From IMG/VR virus record IMGVR_UViG_3300035146_000036: a stretch of 64,000 bases of DNA. One strand, 5' to 3'. This document shows, piece by piece, positions 9,908 to 18,600 of the stretch (position 1 is the stretch's first letter; the number at the start of each line of letters is the position of its first letter). The notes under the pieces are model-generated. The model searched no databases, was not told the origin of the DNA, and worked only from the letters and a program-made list of their open reading frames with translations. Source of the stretch: a virus. Position numbers and translations under genes: made by a program.

Positions 9908-12703
9908 ATGACTGATTACACATATCCTGGGGTCTATATTCAAGAGGTTCCTAGTGGTCCTGGTCCGATTACTGGTGTTTCAACATCTAATTTGGGTCTT
10001 ATTGGTTTTTCTACCAAAGGTCCAGTTAATGAACCAATTATATCGACAAGTTTTCAGGAATTTTCGAACAGATTTGGAAGTTTTACAGAGAAGGGTTTAT
10101 CTGCTCATGAAGCGTTTGCTTTTTTCTCTAATGGTGGACAAGTTTTGTATTTTGTTAGGGTTGTGGCTAGTGATGCTGCAACAGCTTATTGGGATTTTGC
10201 TGCAACAGTATCAAGTGAAAATGTATCAAATACTGCTGAAGGAACAGGGATTTATGATTTGGAATTAGATCATTCTCCGGTTGTTCCTGCTACATTGACA
10301 TTGACTTTTACAAATTCTGGTACACCAGCAAATCAAAACGTATTTGTTGCTGATGCTAGTGGTGTGTTAACGTTAGATACAACAGCATCGGGTGTTTCAG
10401 CTGATGGTGGTACTGGTTCTGTTGATATGGAAACAGGGGAGATTCATGTAGAATTGACTACACCTGGTCAATTTACAGGAAGTACTGATTATATTGTAGC
10501 TGAATATAATTATACGATATTCAGGTTTAGAATGGCATGGCCAGGATTGGCTGGGAATTATTTTAGAGTAAGGATAATTCCAGGAAGTGATGATTATCTT
10601 GTTCAGGCTGAAGCTAGGTGGACAAGATTTACAGTAATCGTTGAAGAAGATGTAAATTATGATGCAACAAATCGTTCATGGTCAATTGTTGAGACATGGG
10701 CAGATCTTGTATTTGATGATTCAGAGGATCCAAATTTTGTTGCTACAGTAATAAATGCTGATGGTGCTGGGTCTGATTATATCGAAGTAGTTGATTATGG
10801 AAACGGAATGAATCCTGCAGCGCTTGCAGGAACACAAATTACGTCTGAGGATATTTCTGATACTCAATTACCACAAGGCAGCACTTCTACTCCTCCTGTT
10901 GCATATGACGGAACAACAAAGGCTTGGGAATATACATTGGCAAATGCTCCATTTCAGAAGACTTTGAATATGGATTTTCAGATGGCTGATGGCTTAGTAT
11001 CTTTTACTGGTGCAGCCACAGCGGATAATGTAGTTCTTACAGATTCTGGAGCAAATTTTACTGGTGGTGGGGCAGCAGATAATTTAGCTGGTAAGATTGT
11101 TGTAAATATATCAAAGGGAGCATCTGCAGTAATAACTGCAAATGATGCAACGACAATAACAGGTGTATTAACAGGTGGGGCTGTAACATGGTTAACAGGT
11201 GATTTGTATGCTGTTATTGAGGCATCAACAAAGATAGGAACAGGAACTGCTCAAGCAAGTGGTCAAGAATCTGTAATATCACCTGGTAATACATCAAATC
11301 CTGTTCAGATTGTTCCTGGTTCAGTTGTGATGGAATTGACTCTTACTGGACCTACAACTGTTCATGTTATAGATGATGGATCTGGTAATTTATGGGATGG
11401 TTCTGGTGGATCGTTGGCAACAATTGATTATACAACTGGTCAGATTACAGGTATAAGTCCTACAACTGATGATCTTATTACGATACAGAGTGTTACAGCA
11501 TGGGCAAGTGACACAGTTGCTGTTGGTAGCGAAATTAAATTTGGTTGTATATATGCAGTTCCAATTGCATTGGAGGATGATGCGGATGGGAATATGGTAA
11601 TGTCAGATACCCAAGCAACTGGGTATCCTGCTAAGTTTTCGCTTAATCTTGTTTCTGGTGTAAATACTGTTAATTATACAACTGGTGTTGTTGATTTAAC
11701 ATGGAAAATTGAGGGTAATCCAGTTGCAGGTCCAGCAGGAGTATATTCTGAAACAGCAGATTATTATACAAATCCAGATGATGAGATAGCAACGGTATTA
11801 ACAGGAGGGTCTGATGGTTCTTCTGTTTCTAGTGATGATGTTGTAGGTGCAGATTTGGCAGTTGACCAGGAAGGCATATATGCTTTTGGAAAAGTAAATG
11901 CCTTGATGCAACTTGTAGCTGCTGATTTTCAGACAGATACAAATGTTGCTGATGCACTTATTACATATGCTGAATTGGTGAAGGATAAATTTGTTATTTT
12001 GACGGTTCCTCATGGTCTTAGTTATCAAGAGGCTGTTAATTGGAAGAAATTTCAACTTAATAAATATACTTCATATGCTGCTTTGTATTATCCGCATATC
12101 AAGATTAAGGACCCTGTGAGTGGAGTAAATCAGGATATTCCTGTTGGTGGACATGTAGCTGGGGTTTACGCAAGGACTGATACTATAAGAAATGTTGGTG
12201 AAGCTCCTGCTGGTACCGAAAAAGGTGTTTTGAATTGGTCAACTGGTCTTGAAGTTGAGTTGACTGATACACAGGTTGGTATTATATATCCAGAAAAGAT
12301 AAATGCTTTAGTAGCATGGGCTAATACTGGACGTGTTGTATGGGGTGCTAGAACATTAGATATTTCTGGAGGTGAATGGCCATATATTCAGATGCGTAGG
12401 CTTTTCATGTTTGTTGAAAAATCAGTGTTTAATAGTACTCATTTGCATGTATTTAAAAACAATGGTTCTTCATTATGGAGTGCAATAAGAACTCAGGTCG
12501 TTTCTTTCTTGTTAGGTTTGCACCAATCAGGATATTTTGCTGGAAATAGTCCAGATGAGTCATTCTTTGTGATTTGTGACCGGTCAAATAATCCTCAGAA
12601 TACAGTGGACCAAGGTATCGTGTTTTGTGATGTAGGGATTGCACCTAATAAGCCAGCGGAATTCATAGTGTTCAGATTTCAGCAAAAGGCACTCACTAGT
12701 TAA
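9908..12703 (+). CDS. Contractile tail sheath protein
   Basis: N-terminal YPGVYIQEV and C-terminal VVWGARTL motifs are characteristic of the phage/T6SS sheath family; size and position ahead of the tube genes. Confidence 0.85.
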   Translation: MTDYTYPGVYIQEVPSGPGPITGVSTSNLGLIGFSTKGPVNEPIISTSFQEFSNRFGSFTEKGLSAHEAFAFFSNGGQVLYFVRVVASDAATAYWDFAATVSSENVSNTAEGTGIYDLELDHSPVVPATLTLTFTNSGTPANQNVFVADASGVLTLDTTASGVSADGGTGSVDMETGEIHVELTTPGQFTGSTDYIVAEYNYTIFRFRMAWPGLAGNYFRVRIIPGSDDYLVQAEARWTRFTVIVEEDVNYDATNRSWSIVETWADLVFDDSEDPNFVATVINADGAGSDYIEVVDYGNGMNPAALAGTQITSEDISDTQLPQGSTSTPPVAYDGTTKAWEYTLANAPFQKTLNMDFQMADGLVSFTGAATADNVVLTDSGANFTGGGAADNLAGKIVVNISKGASAVITANDATTITGVLTGGAVTWLTGDLYAVIEASTKIGTGTAQASGQESVISPGNTSNPVQIVPGSVVMELTLTGPTTVHVIDDGSGNLWDGSGGSLATIDYTTGQITGISPTTDDLITIQSVTAWASDTVAVGSEIKFGCIYAVPIALEDDADGNMVMSDTQATGYPAKFSLNLVSGVNTVNYTTGVVDLTWKIEGNPVAGPAGVYSETADYYTNPDDEIATVLTGGSDGSSVSSDDVVGADLAVDQEGIYAFGKVNALMQLVAADFQTDTNVADALITYAELVKDKFVILTVPHGLSYQEAVNWKKFQLNKYTSYAALYYPHIKIKDPVSGVNQDIPVGGHVAGVYARTDTIRNVGEAPAGTEKGVLNWSTGLEVELTDTQVGIIYPEKINALVAWANTGRVVWGARTLDISGGEWPYIQMRRLFMFVEKSVFNSTHLHVFKNNGSSLWSAIRTQVVSFLLGLHQSGYFAGNSPDESFFVICDRSNNPQNTVDQGIVFCDVGIAPNKPAEFIVFRFQQKALTS

Positions 12704-12715
12704 TAGGGGTTTAAA

Positions 12716-13444
12716 ATGGCTCTAATAAAGGTAATTCCAAATGTGCTCATTCATGAGTTTTTGACTGGAGCTTCTTTATCAGGTGTTGCTCCAGTCAATG
12801 TAGAATATTCATTTGATTATGATAATGAAGCTAGTGGACCATTTGTAGTTGGTGACGCATTATCTTGGACTGGTGGAACGGGTCTTTTAGCAGATTTAGT
12901 AGATAATGGTACTACGGGAAGTATGACTATTGTATTGATAAGTGGAGTTGTACCAACTGATGGTTTGACTATTACAGGGGCACCGTCTGGTGCTACTTGT
13001 GATGTTGATGGTGTTGTAACATTAGTGGGTGATTGTGATTCTAATGAGACTATAAAGAGAGGGCGTTATAGAAGATATTGTAATTTGGCAGATGGTGGAT
13101 TGATAGATATTGAAGAATCTGTTGCAATAAATGGTTTCAGAGTAAAAGATGTTTTGATTAGTGCACCTGGTATTACTGCGGTTATTTTTTATGTTGTTGA
13201 TAGGGATTCGAATGCTGTATGTGCTGGTAGTGCAACTGTTACAACAGGGAATGGTTTTAATGAATGGATAGAACCTGGTTTACTTGTTGCTCCAGGATGT
13301 AAATTTAAAGTAGTTGGCACAGGTACATTAACTGATGCTGGAAGAATAATGTTTATTCTTGATAATGGATGGGGAGCAAGTGTATTTGATTTTGCACCAT
13401 CGATAGGCAGGGAAAGTCGGCCTCCTGGTATGGATAGGCCATAA
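12716..13444 (+). CDS. Hypothetical tail protein between sheath and tube
   Basis: ORF in operon. Confidence 0.4.
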   Translation: MALIKVIPNVLIHEFLTGASLSGVAPVNVEYSFDYDNEASGPFVVGDALSWTGGTGLLADLVDNGTTGSMTIVLISGVVPTDGLTITGAPSGATCDVDGVVTLVGDCDSNETIKRGRYRRYCNLADGGLIDIEESVAINGFRVKDVLISAPGITAVIFYVVDRDSNAVCAGSATVTTGNGFNEWIEPGLLVAPGCKFKVVGTGTLTDAGRIMFILDNGWGASVFDFAPSIGRESRPPGMDRP

Positions 13445-13456
13445 GGAGTTAATGAA

Positions 13457-13984
13457 ATGCGAGCAGCAAATACAGATTTCATGCAAGGTTTTAGATATCA
13501 TGTTGTGGCAAATAATGGGGAGGGCGATCCACTTCAACCATCAGTTCAATCTGATCGTGATGGTCATGATACAAATGGTCAAGCTGGTTTTCAATCGGTT
13601 ACAATTCCAGAAATTTCGGTGGAAGCAGCTGAATATAGAGAAGGTATTTTTAAATGGACAGAAAAATTTCCTGGTCCACCTACTGTATCAGAATTGACTA
13701 TGATGAGAGGTATTACAAAGCGTGATACTACATTTTATGATATGGTAATGGCATCTGTTGAAGGTGCGGAATATCGAGCAGATGTAATAATATATCATTA
13801 TCAGAGGTCTGAGATGGCTTTAGCTACATCAGCTACAGTTGGTGATGATATTCGTAGGATTGAGTGTGGAGAATGTTTTGCTATTCGTGCTAAACCAAAT
13901 GGAGATTTGGATTCTACGGCTGGAGATGTTTCTTTAGGTGAAGTAGATCTTGCAGTGGAAAAATTTGAAGTAAAATATTCTTAA
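13457..13984 (+). CDS. Tail tube protein (T4 gp19-like)
   Basis: FQSVTIPEISVEAAEYREG matches the gp19 family signature (F..VsGl..e.ev.eYrEGg); about 175 aa directly after sheath. Confidence 0.7.
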   Translation: MRAANTDFMQGFRYHVVANNGEGDPLQPSVQSDRDGHDTNGQAGFQSVTIPEISVEAAEYREGIFKWTEKFPGPPTVSELTMMRGITKRDTTFYDMVMASVEGAEYRADVIIYHYQRSEMALATSATVGDDIRRIECGECFAIRAKPNGDLDSTAGDVSLGEVDLAVEKFEVKYS

Positions 13985-14005
13985 TATTTTTATGAAGGTG
14001 CATAA

Positions 14006-14563
14006 ATGGCAAGAAATCGTTTATTGGATTTTATGCAAACTCATAAATTTTGGCTATTCGATGTAGTTCCAAGTTTGTCGCCTCCTTTTTGGGTTTTAGG
14101 GACACCCTTTTTAGGTTTTTCGAGTATTACAGCACCACAATATACTGCTGAAGTTGATAATATAAAACAGATTAATTCTATGTTTCGGAAATATGCTTAT
14201 TCTGGAGGACAAGTTGATCCAATAGTATTAACAAGAGGTGTTCGTGGTTTTGATGATACTATGTGGGAATGGATGTATAGGGCAATAACTGGTCTAGAGG
14301 TTACAAATAGACATTTGTTATTGCTTCATTTTACGAATATTAGATTATCTGATAGTCCTTTTCCAAATGTGGCTGAAGGATTTCAATTTCCGATGACTGC
14401 TGGAATTTTTCTTCCTGGTAAAGCATGGCTTCTTTGGAATTCTATTCCAATACGGTATAAAGCTGGATCAGATTTTGATGGCAAAAGTGGTGAAGTTAGT
14501 TTGGCTGAATTAGAGGTTCAGCCAGAAGCTATAACAGAATTTACATTGTTAGATCCTGTATGA
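14006..14563 (+). CDS. Tail tube paralog (gp19-like)
   Basis: Same domain pattern (LGFSSITAPQYTAEVDNIKQIN); second tube gene. Confidence 0.55.
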   Translation: MARNRLLDFMQTHKFWLFDVVPSLSPPFWVLGTPFLGFSSITAPQYTAEVDNIKQINSMFRKYAYSGGQVDPIVLTRGVRGFDDTMWEWMYRAITGLEVTNRHLLLLHFTNIRLSDSPFPNVAEGFQFPMTAGIFLPGKAWLLWNSIPIRYKAGSDFDGKSGEVSLAELEVQPEAITEFTLLDPV

Positions 14564-14576
14564 TAATTTATAGATA

Positions 14577-15056
14577 ATGGAATTTCAATATACTTCAACA
14601 ATGACGAGAAGAGAACTTGCTGTAAAACTAATGAATGTTTTACGTGAAGGGTTCAATAAAAGATTCACAAAGAGAGCTTTTATTTCTCCTGTTCCAAGAT
14701 CTTTTCCTGGTGGTCATGTAATGGTTATGTTGTCTCCGTTATATAATAAAAAAGGTGAAAATGTTGGTGAAATAAGGATTTATATCTATGTTTCAGAAGA
14801 TGAAAATATACCAATTCTTATAAGATCAGAATGGACAAGAAATGCATTTGGTTTTTGGTATAGATACGATAATAGATTATTTGATAAAGATAATGTAATA
14901 GTTGATTTGTATTCAAAAATAAGAGACATTTCAAAATGGTTTTCTGTTACAGCAGATGGGACGGTTAAGGTTTTGTCAATGAATCGTATGTTTAGAAAAA
15001 TAAAGAAAACATCTGCTCGTGACAAAGCAGTCAGAGTTGGAATGGTAATGGGATAA
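14577..15056 (+). CDS. Hypothetical protein
   Basis: ORF. Confidence 0.4.
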   Translation: MEFQYTSTMTRRELAVKLMNVLREGFNKRFTKRAFISPVPRSFPGGHVMVMLSPLYNKKGENVGEIRIYIYVSEDENIPILIRSEWTRNAFGFWYRYDNRLFDKDNVIVDLYSKIRDISKWFSVTADGTVKVLSMNRMFRKIKKTSARDKAVRVGMVMG

Positions 15057-15068
15057 GGAATTGGTAAA

Positions 15069-15392
15069 ATGAGGAATAGATTATCTGATTTTATTATTGA
15101 TAAGCCGGTTAAAGAGGAACATGTATTATCTTACAAAGGTAAACGTCTTTTTAGGGCATTAAAATCCTTGGGAGAACGTTCCATTAAAGGACGTGATGTT
15201 GATAAATATATTTTTGAAGTTGTATATAAAAATGGTGTAGAAACATTAAGAATGCTTATCGAAGGTAGACATGCTTTATCTATTAGTAATCAGATAGCAA
15301 AAGGACTTTCAAATATGGACGAACTCGAGTTCGTTGATGTTGTGAAAACAAAAAATGGTGCGAAGATTGTACTTCGTTCTATTGGAGAGTAG
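15069..15392 (+). CDS. Hypothetical protein
   Basis: ORF. Confidence 0.4.
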   Translation: MRNRLSDFIIDKPVKEEHVLSYKGKRLFRALKSLGERSIKGRDVDKYIFEVVYKNGVETLRMLIEGRHALSISNQIAKGLSNMDELEFVDVVKTKNGAKIVLRSIGE

Positions 15393-15401
15393 GAGAGTAA
15401 A

Positions 15402-15812
15402 ATGGGAAAATTAAAGATATATTCTGATAGTATAGATGAGTTACTGGTTAATAGGGTTGATGCTGATGTAATGAGTGAATCATCTGAGTTAGGTAATGAT
15501 GATGAAAAGATTGATGAGGCTTGGAAGATTGAAGACTATATGTCTAATTTTGTTTCGGTAAAAGCTTTGGTTGCGTTGTCATTGTCGATAGTAAAGCGAA
15601 TGAAAGGCAGTGCTCTTTCTAAATTTCAAGGAAAATTATCTGATATTGATAATGAGATGGAAAAAGAAATAGACAGAATGGATAGCAAAAAAGAGATGGA
15701 ATTTAATAAATTATATATGAAAAAGATAAAAGGTGTTAAGGCTAAAATATTAGAAGAATTTGGTGGCGATTTTTTGAAAGAAATTGAAGAAGATAAAAGG
15801 GAAAAAGAATGA
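15402..15812 (+). CDS. Hypothetical acidic coiled-coil protein
   Basis: ORF with GGAGAG RBS. Confidence 0.4.
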   Translation: MGKLKIYSDSIDELLVNRVDADVMSESSELGNDDEKIDEAWKIEDYMSNFVSVKALVALSLSIVKRMKGSALSKFQGKLSDIDNEMEKEIDRMDSKKEMEFNKLYMKKIKGVKAKILEEFGGDFLKEIEEDKREKE

Positions 15813-16108
15813 CAATATCTTCTGGTAATATTGCTGGTGTGATAAAACCTATTGGAATGTTAAAATTACCGTGGTGTCCATGTAGTGGTAGAATTTGTAA
15901 AATTGAAGAAATTCCAGTTAATAAAAAGAAGAAGAGAAAGATTAGTGTGTATGAGATATTGAATATTGATGGTCATACTATGCTTGAAGAAGCAAGAGAA
16001 AAACGTCATATTGTGAACGGTAAACGTGGAATATGGCGCACAATAAGAGGAAGACATTATTTTTTTCCGGATGATAAATCAGGTGTTATTCCTCCAATTA
16101 AGGGTTAA
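15809..16108 (+). CDS. Hypothetical protein
   Basis: ORF, 4-nt overlap with upstream gene. Confidence 0.35.
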   Translation: MTISSGNIAGVIKPIGMLKLPWCPCSGRICKIEEIPVNKKKKRKISVYEILNIDGHTMLEEAREKRHIVNGKRGIWRTIRGRHYFFPDDKSGVIPPIKG

Positions 16109-16110
16109 TA

Positions 16111-16320
16111 ATGGTTATTATGAAGGATATTATAGAGTCTAGTGGTTCAGAAATTATGGAGGGTATTTCATATGGTGCTGCTGAGAAGTTAGCAGATAAT
16201 ATGATAAAAAATCCTAGAAGTGTAGCTATGTTGGATAGATATGGTGTTGAGGCATCTGAGGATATTACTAGATTGAAAGATGTTCTAGTTAGATTTCTAA
16301 TAAATTATTTTAAGAGATAA
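16111..16320 (+). CDS. Hypothetical protein
   Basis: ORF. Confidence 0.3.
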   Translation: MVIMKDIIESSGSEIMEGISYGAAEKLADNMIKNPRSVAMLDRYGVEASEDITRLKDVLVRFLINYFKR

Positions 16321-16354
16321 TAAAAAAATTGATGTTTCACGTGAAACAGAGAGG

Positions 16355-16654
16355 ATGTGTAAGATGTGTAAAAAGAAGACTGTAAATGTTGTGAATTCTG
16401 ATGATTTGAGGAAGAAAGTTTCTGATGTTGAGATATTTGGTAATCCAGATACTTTTCAGTTAATTTGTAAGGCAAGTTCCAAAAATGAAGGATGGATGAA
16501 GTCAACAAAGGCTATGGAGATTCCCGGAAGAGGATGTATAATACAAGTTTCTACACAGCAAGGTGATAATGTTGCAGAAGCTATTTGTTTTGTTCCAGAT
16601 GTTGTTATTTTAGTTGATGATGAAAGTGGAAATAAAAAGATAGTAAAAGGGTAA
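16355..16654 (+). CDS. Hypothetical protein
   Basis: ORF after GTTTCACGTGAAAC palindrome and GAGAGGA RBS. Confidence 0.4.
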   Translation: MCKMCKKKTVNVVNSDDLRKKVSDVEIFGNPDTFQLICKASSKNEGWMKSTKAMEIPGRGCIIQVSTQQGDNVAEAICFVPDVVILVDDESGNKKIVKG

Positions 16655-16659
16655 TAATT

Positions 16660-16677
16660 GTGTTTTATGTCAAACAC
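16660..16677. terminator. Hairpin between convergent genes (GTGTTT-tatgtc-AAACAC), weak bidirectional terminator candidate
   Basis: 6-bp inverted repeat where plus and minus genes converge. Confidence 0.3.
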
Positions 16678-17015
16678 TTATTGATCCATTCAGTAATGAG
16701 AGCATCATAGATTTCACAGACATCGCATGGTTTAGTAAGAATATGTATATTGGGCATATCATATTTGAGTGTATAGTTTGCTGTATATATTACGAATGGT
16801 ATTGTTGAATGTTGAACTATTTTTAGTCCGTCTGATTTGTTTGGGCAATCCCAATCGCTAAGGATTATGTCAAAATTTCCGTCTTGAAGAGCTATTAGTC
16901 CATCATCACAGGAATGTTTGACTGTTATACTTTTCCAAGTATTTTTCATTACTCTGGAAAGCATACGAGTAATTTGTTCATCATCATCAATGATTAGTAA
17001 ATTCAGGTTTTTCAT
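16665..17015 (-). CDS. Stand-alone response-regulator receiver (CheY-like REC) domain protein
   Basis: LLIIDDDE...DIILSDWDCPNKSDGLKIV...LTKPCD aligns with CheY DD pocket, phospho-Asp (ISDWNMPNMDGLEL) and conserved Lys (VVKP). Confidence 0.8.
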   Translation of the reverse strand: MKNLNLLIIDDDEQITRMLSRVMKNTWKSITVKHSCDDGLIALQDGNFDIILSDWDCPNKSDGLKIVQHSTIPFVIYTANYTLKYDMPNIHILTKPCDVCEIYDALITEWINKCLT

Positions 17016-17022
17016 TGTTTTT

Positions 17023-17232
17023 TTACCATACGGCTATTTGTTTTTTGCATGAATCACAATGTTCAGTGTTTGATTTGGAGAGATGTGAATTCATAATAAA
17101 AATAGCAGTTCCTTCTTTTTCTAGTCGTTTAGCACATTCTGTACAATAGAGATAACCTCTGTTGTCGACTATTCCTGTAATTGTATTATTTGGGTCATTT
17201 TTTTGATAGATATAAATTTCTGAGGCTTTCAT
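17023..17232 (-). CDS. Small CxxC...CxxC zinc-ribbon protein, co-transcribed with REC gene
   Basis: CTEC...CDSC motifs; 8 nt upstream of the REC ORF on the same strand. Confidence 0.5.
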   Translation of the reverse strand: MKASEIYIYQKNDPNNTITGIVDNRGYLYCTECAKRLEKEGTAIFIMNSHLSKSNTEHCDSCKKQIAVW

Positions 17233-17276
17233 TAGTTTGTTCCTTTCTGTCGAAATCTTATCGACTATCTATATGA

Positions 17277-17361
17277 ATATTAACATTATGATAAAGTTTG
17301 TCAACTTTTTTGATAAAAAAATGCAAAAGTGTTGATAATAATAGTATAAAAGTGGTATTAT
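17277..17361. promoter_or_regulatory. Divergent promoter region (minus-strand TTGACA-16-TAATAT; plus-strand TTGATA-18-TATTAT)
   Basis: Hexamers read directly; located between the minus REC operon and the plus RHH gene. Confidence 0.45.
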
Positions 17362-17393
17362 TTACTCAAGTAGTGTTTTAGGAAGGTTGTTAT

Positions 17394-17573
17394 ATGCCAA
17401 GGTTGAATGTTGAAATAAAAAGTGGTGTATATAAGAGGTTTCTTGATCAATGTAAGGAGGATGGTAGAAGTGCTAGTGATGTTGTTAGAGAGTTGATTTT
17501 AGATTATGTGGAGAGAAGAGTTAGGGAAAAATTTAGGATTGCTAAAATAGAGAAAGAAGTTACAGATGAATGA
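17394..17573 (+). CDS. Ribbon-helix-helix (CopG/Arc-like) DNA-binding protein, 59 aa
   Basis: VYKRFLDQCKEDGRSASDVVRELILDYV is a typical RHH beta-strand plus two helices; GGAAGG RBS; below the ORF-track size cutoff. Confidence 0.6.
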   Translation: MPRLNVEIKSGVYKRFLDQCKEDGRSASDVVRELILDYVERRVREKFRIAKIEKEVTDE

Positions 17574-18393
17574 GATGAATGATGAAAAGGTTATCGATGA
17601 TAAAATTGTATTAGGTAAGACAAAAGGTCATGTTCTTGATATAGGGCCAGGTTGTATTACTATTGAGTTGCCAGCAGGATATATTCATGAGGATGGAGAG
17701 CTTCACGTGCATGCTGTATTACGTGAGATGAAGGGACCAGAAGAAGAATTGTTGGCTAGTAAAGGTTCAATAGTTTCTAGATTGAATGTTATAATTGGGA
17801 ATTGTTTAGAGCAAATAGGGTCTATTAGTGATAAGTCTTTATTAAGAAAAATAGCTTGTAATCTGATAGCTCAAGATAGAATGGCTATTCTTTTGGCTCT
17901 TCGTAGAATATCACTTGGTGATTTTTATGATTGTACAGTTACATGTCCAGAGTGTAATGTGAGTCAGCATGTTACGGTAAATTTATCAGAAATTGAAATT
18001 TCACCAATGCCAAATAGGATGGAAAGAGAAATGGTTAATGTTCTTCCTAGTGGAAGAGAAGTAAAATGGCATGTGATAAGGATAGAAGATGAAGAATGGC
18101 TTACAGAGCAGCGTAAAAGAAAAAGAGATAAAGAACTTTTAACATTACATTTATTGTCTCGTGTTGATTCGATTGATGATATTGAAGTAGATAGAAAGAA
18201 TAAGTATAAAGAAGCTATTGATTTGTTGATGGATTTACCGATAAGGGATAGAGCTACTTTGAGAGATCTTTTTGATAAAAAAGAAGATAATATAGATACG
18301 TTGGTGCAGTTTATGTGTGAGAGGTGTGGACATGAATGGGAAGGTAAGTTGGATGTTGGTCAGCCAAGTTTTTTCTTCCCATCGGTCAAATAG
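17566..18393 (+). CDS. Tail assembly chaperone candidate (gpG-like); -1 frameshift at 18369-18375 would extend it to 18575 (gpGT-like)
   Basis: Located immediately upstream of the tape measure gene; T TTT TTC slippery heptamer near the 3' end; the -1 frame is open to 18575. Confidence 0.5.
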   Translation: MNEMNDEKVIDDKIVLGKTKGHVLDIGPGCITIELPAGYIHEDGELHVHAVLREMKGPEEELLASKGSIVSRLNVIIGNCLEQIGSISDKSLLRKIACNLIAQDRMAILLALRRISLGDFYDCTVTCPECNVSQHVTVNLSEIEISPMPNRMEREMVNVLPSGREVKWHVIRIEDEEWLTEQRKRKRDKELLTLHLLSRVDSIDDIEVDRKNKYKEAIDLLMDLPIRDRATLRDLFDKKEDNIDTLVQFMCERCGHEWEGKLDVGQPSFFFPSVK

Positions 18394-18600
18394 ATGTCCT
18401 TGAGGATGAAATGTTTTATTTAATGGAAAGACAAGGACAGAGTTATTTGACCATTATGAATATGCCATATTCAAGAAGAAAGCGGTTTGTAGAAAAAAAA
18501 TCTTCATTAGATAGATCTGCTATGAATGTTAAAAAGAATCAGCAAAGTTATAGCAGACCAAGACGAAGAAGGTAACGAACTCGAGTTCGTGAGGTAAATA

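Noticed and set aside
9954-10268. Embedded ORFs inside larger genes (9954-10268, 3691-3930 minus, 8669-9145 minus, 13189-13537 minus, 37996-38379 minus, and others)
   Set aside because: They lie inside well-supported long plus-strand genes in other frames, and have no RBS or coding-like composition.
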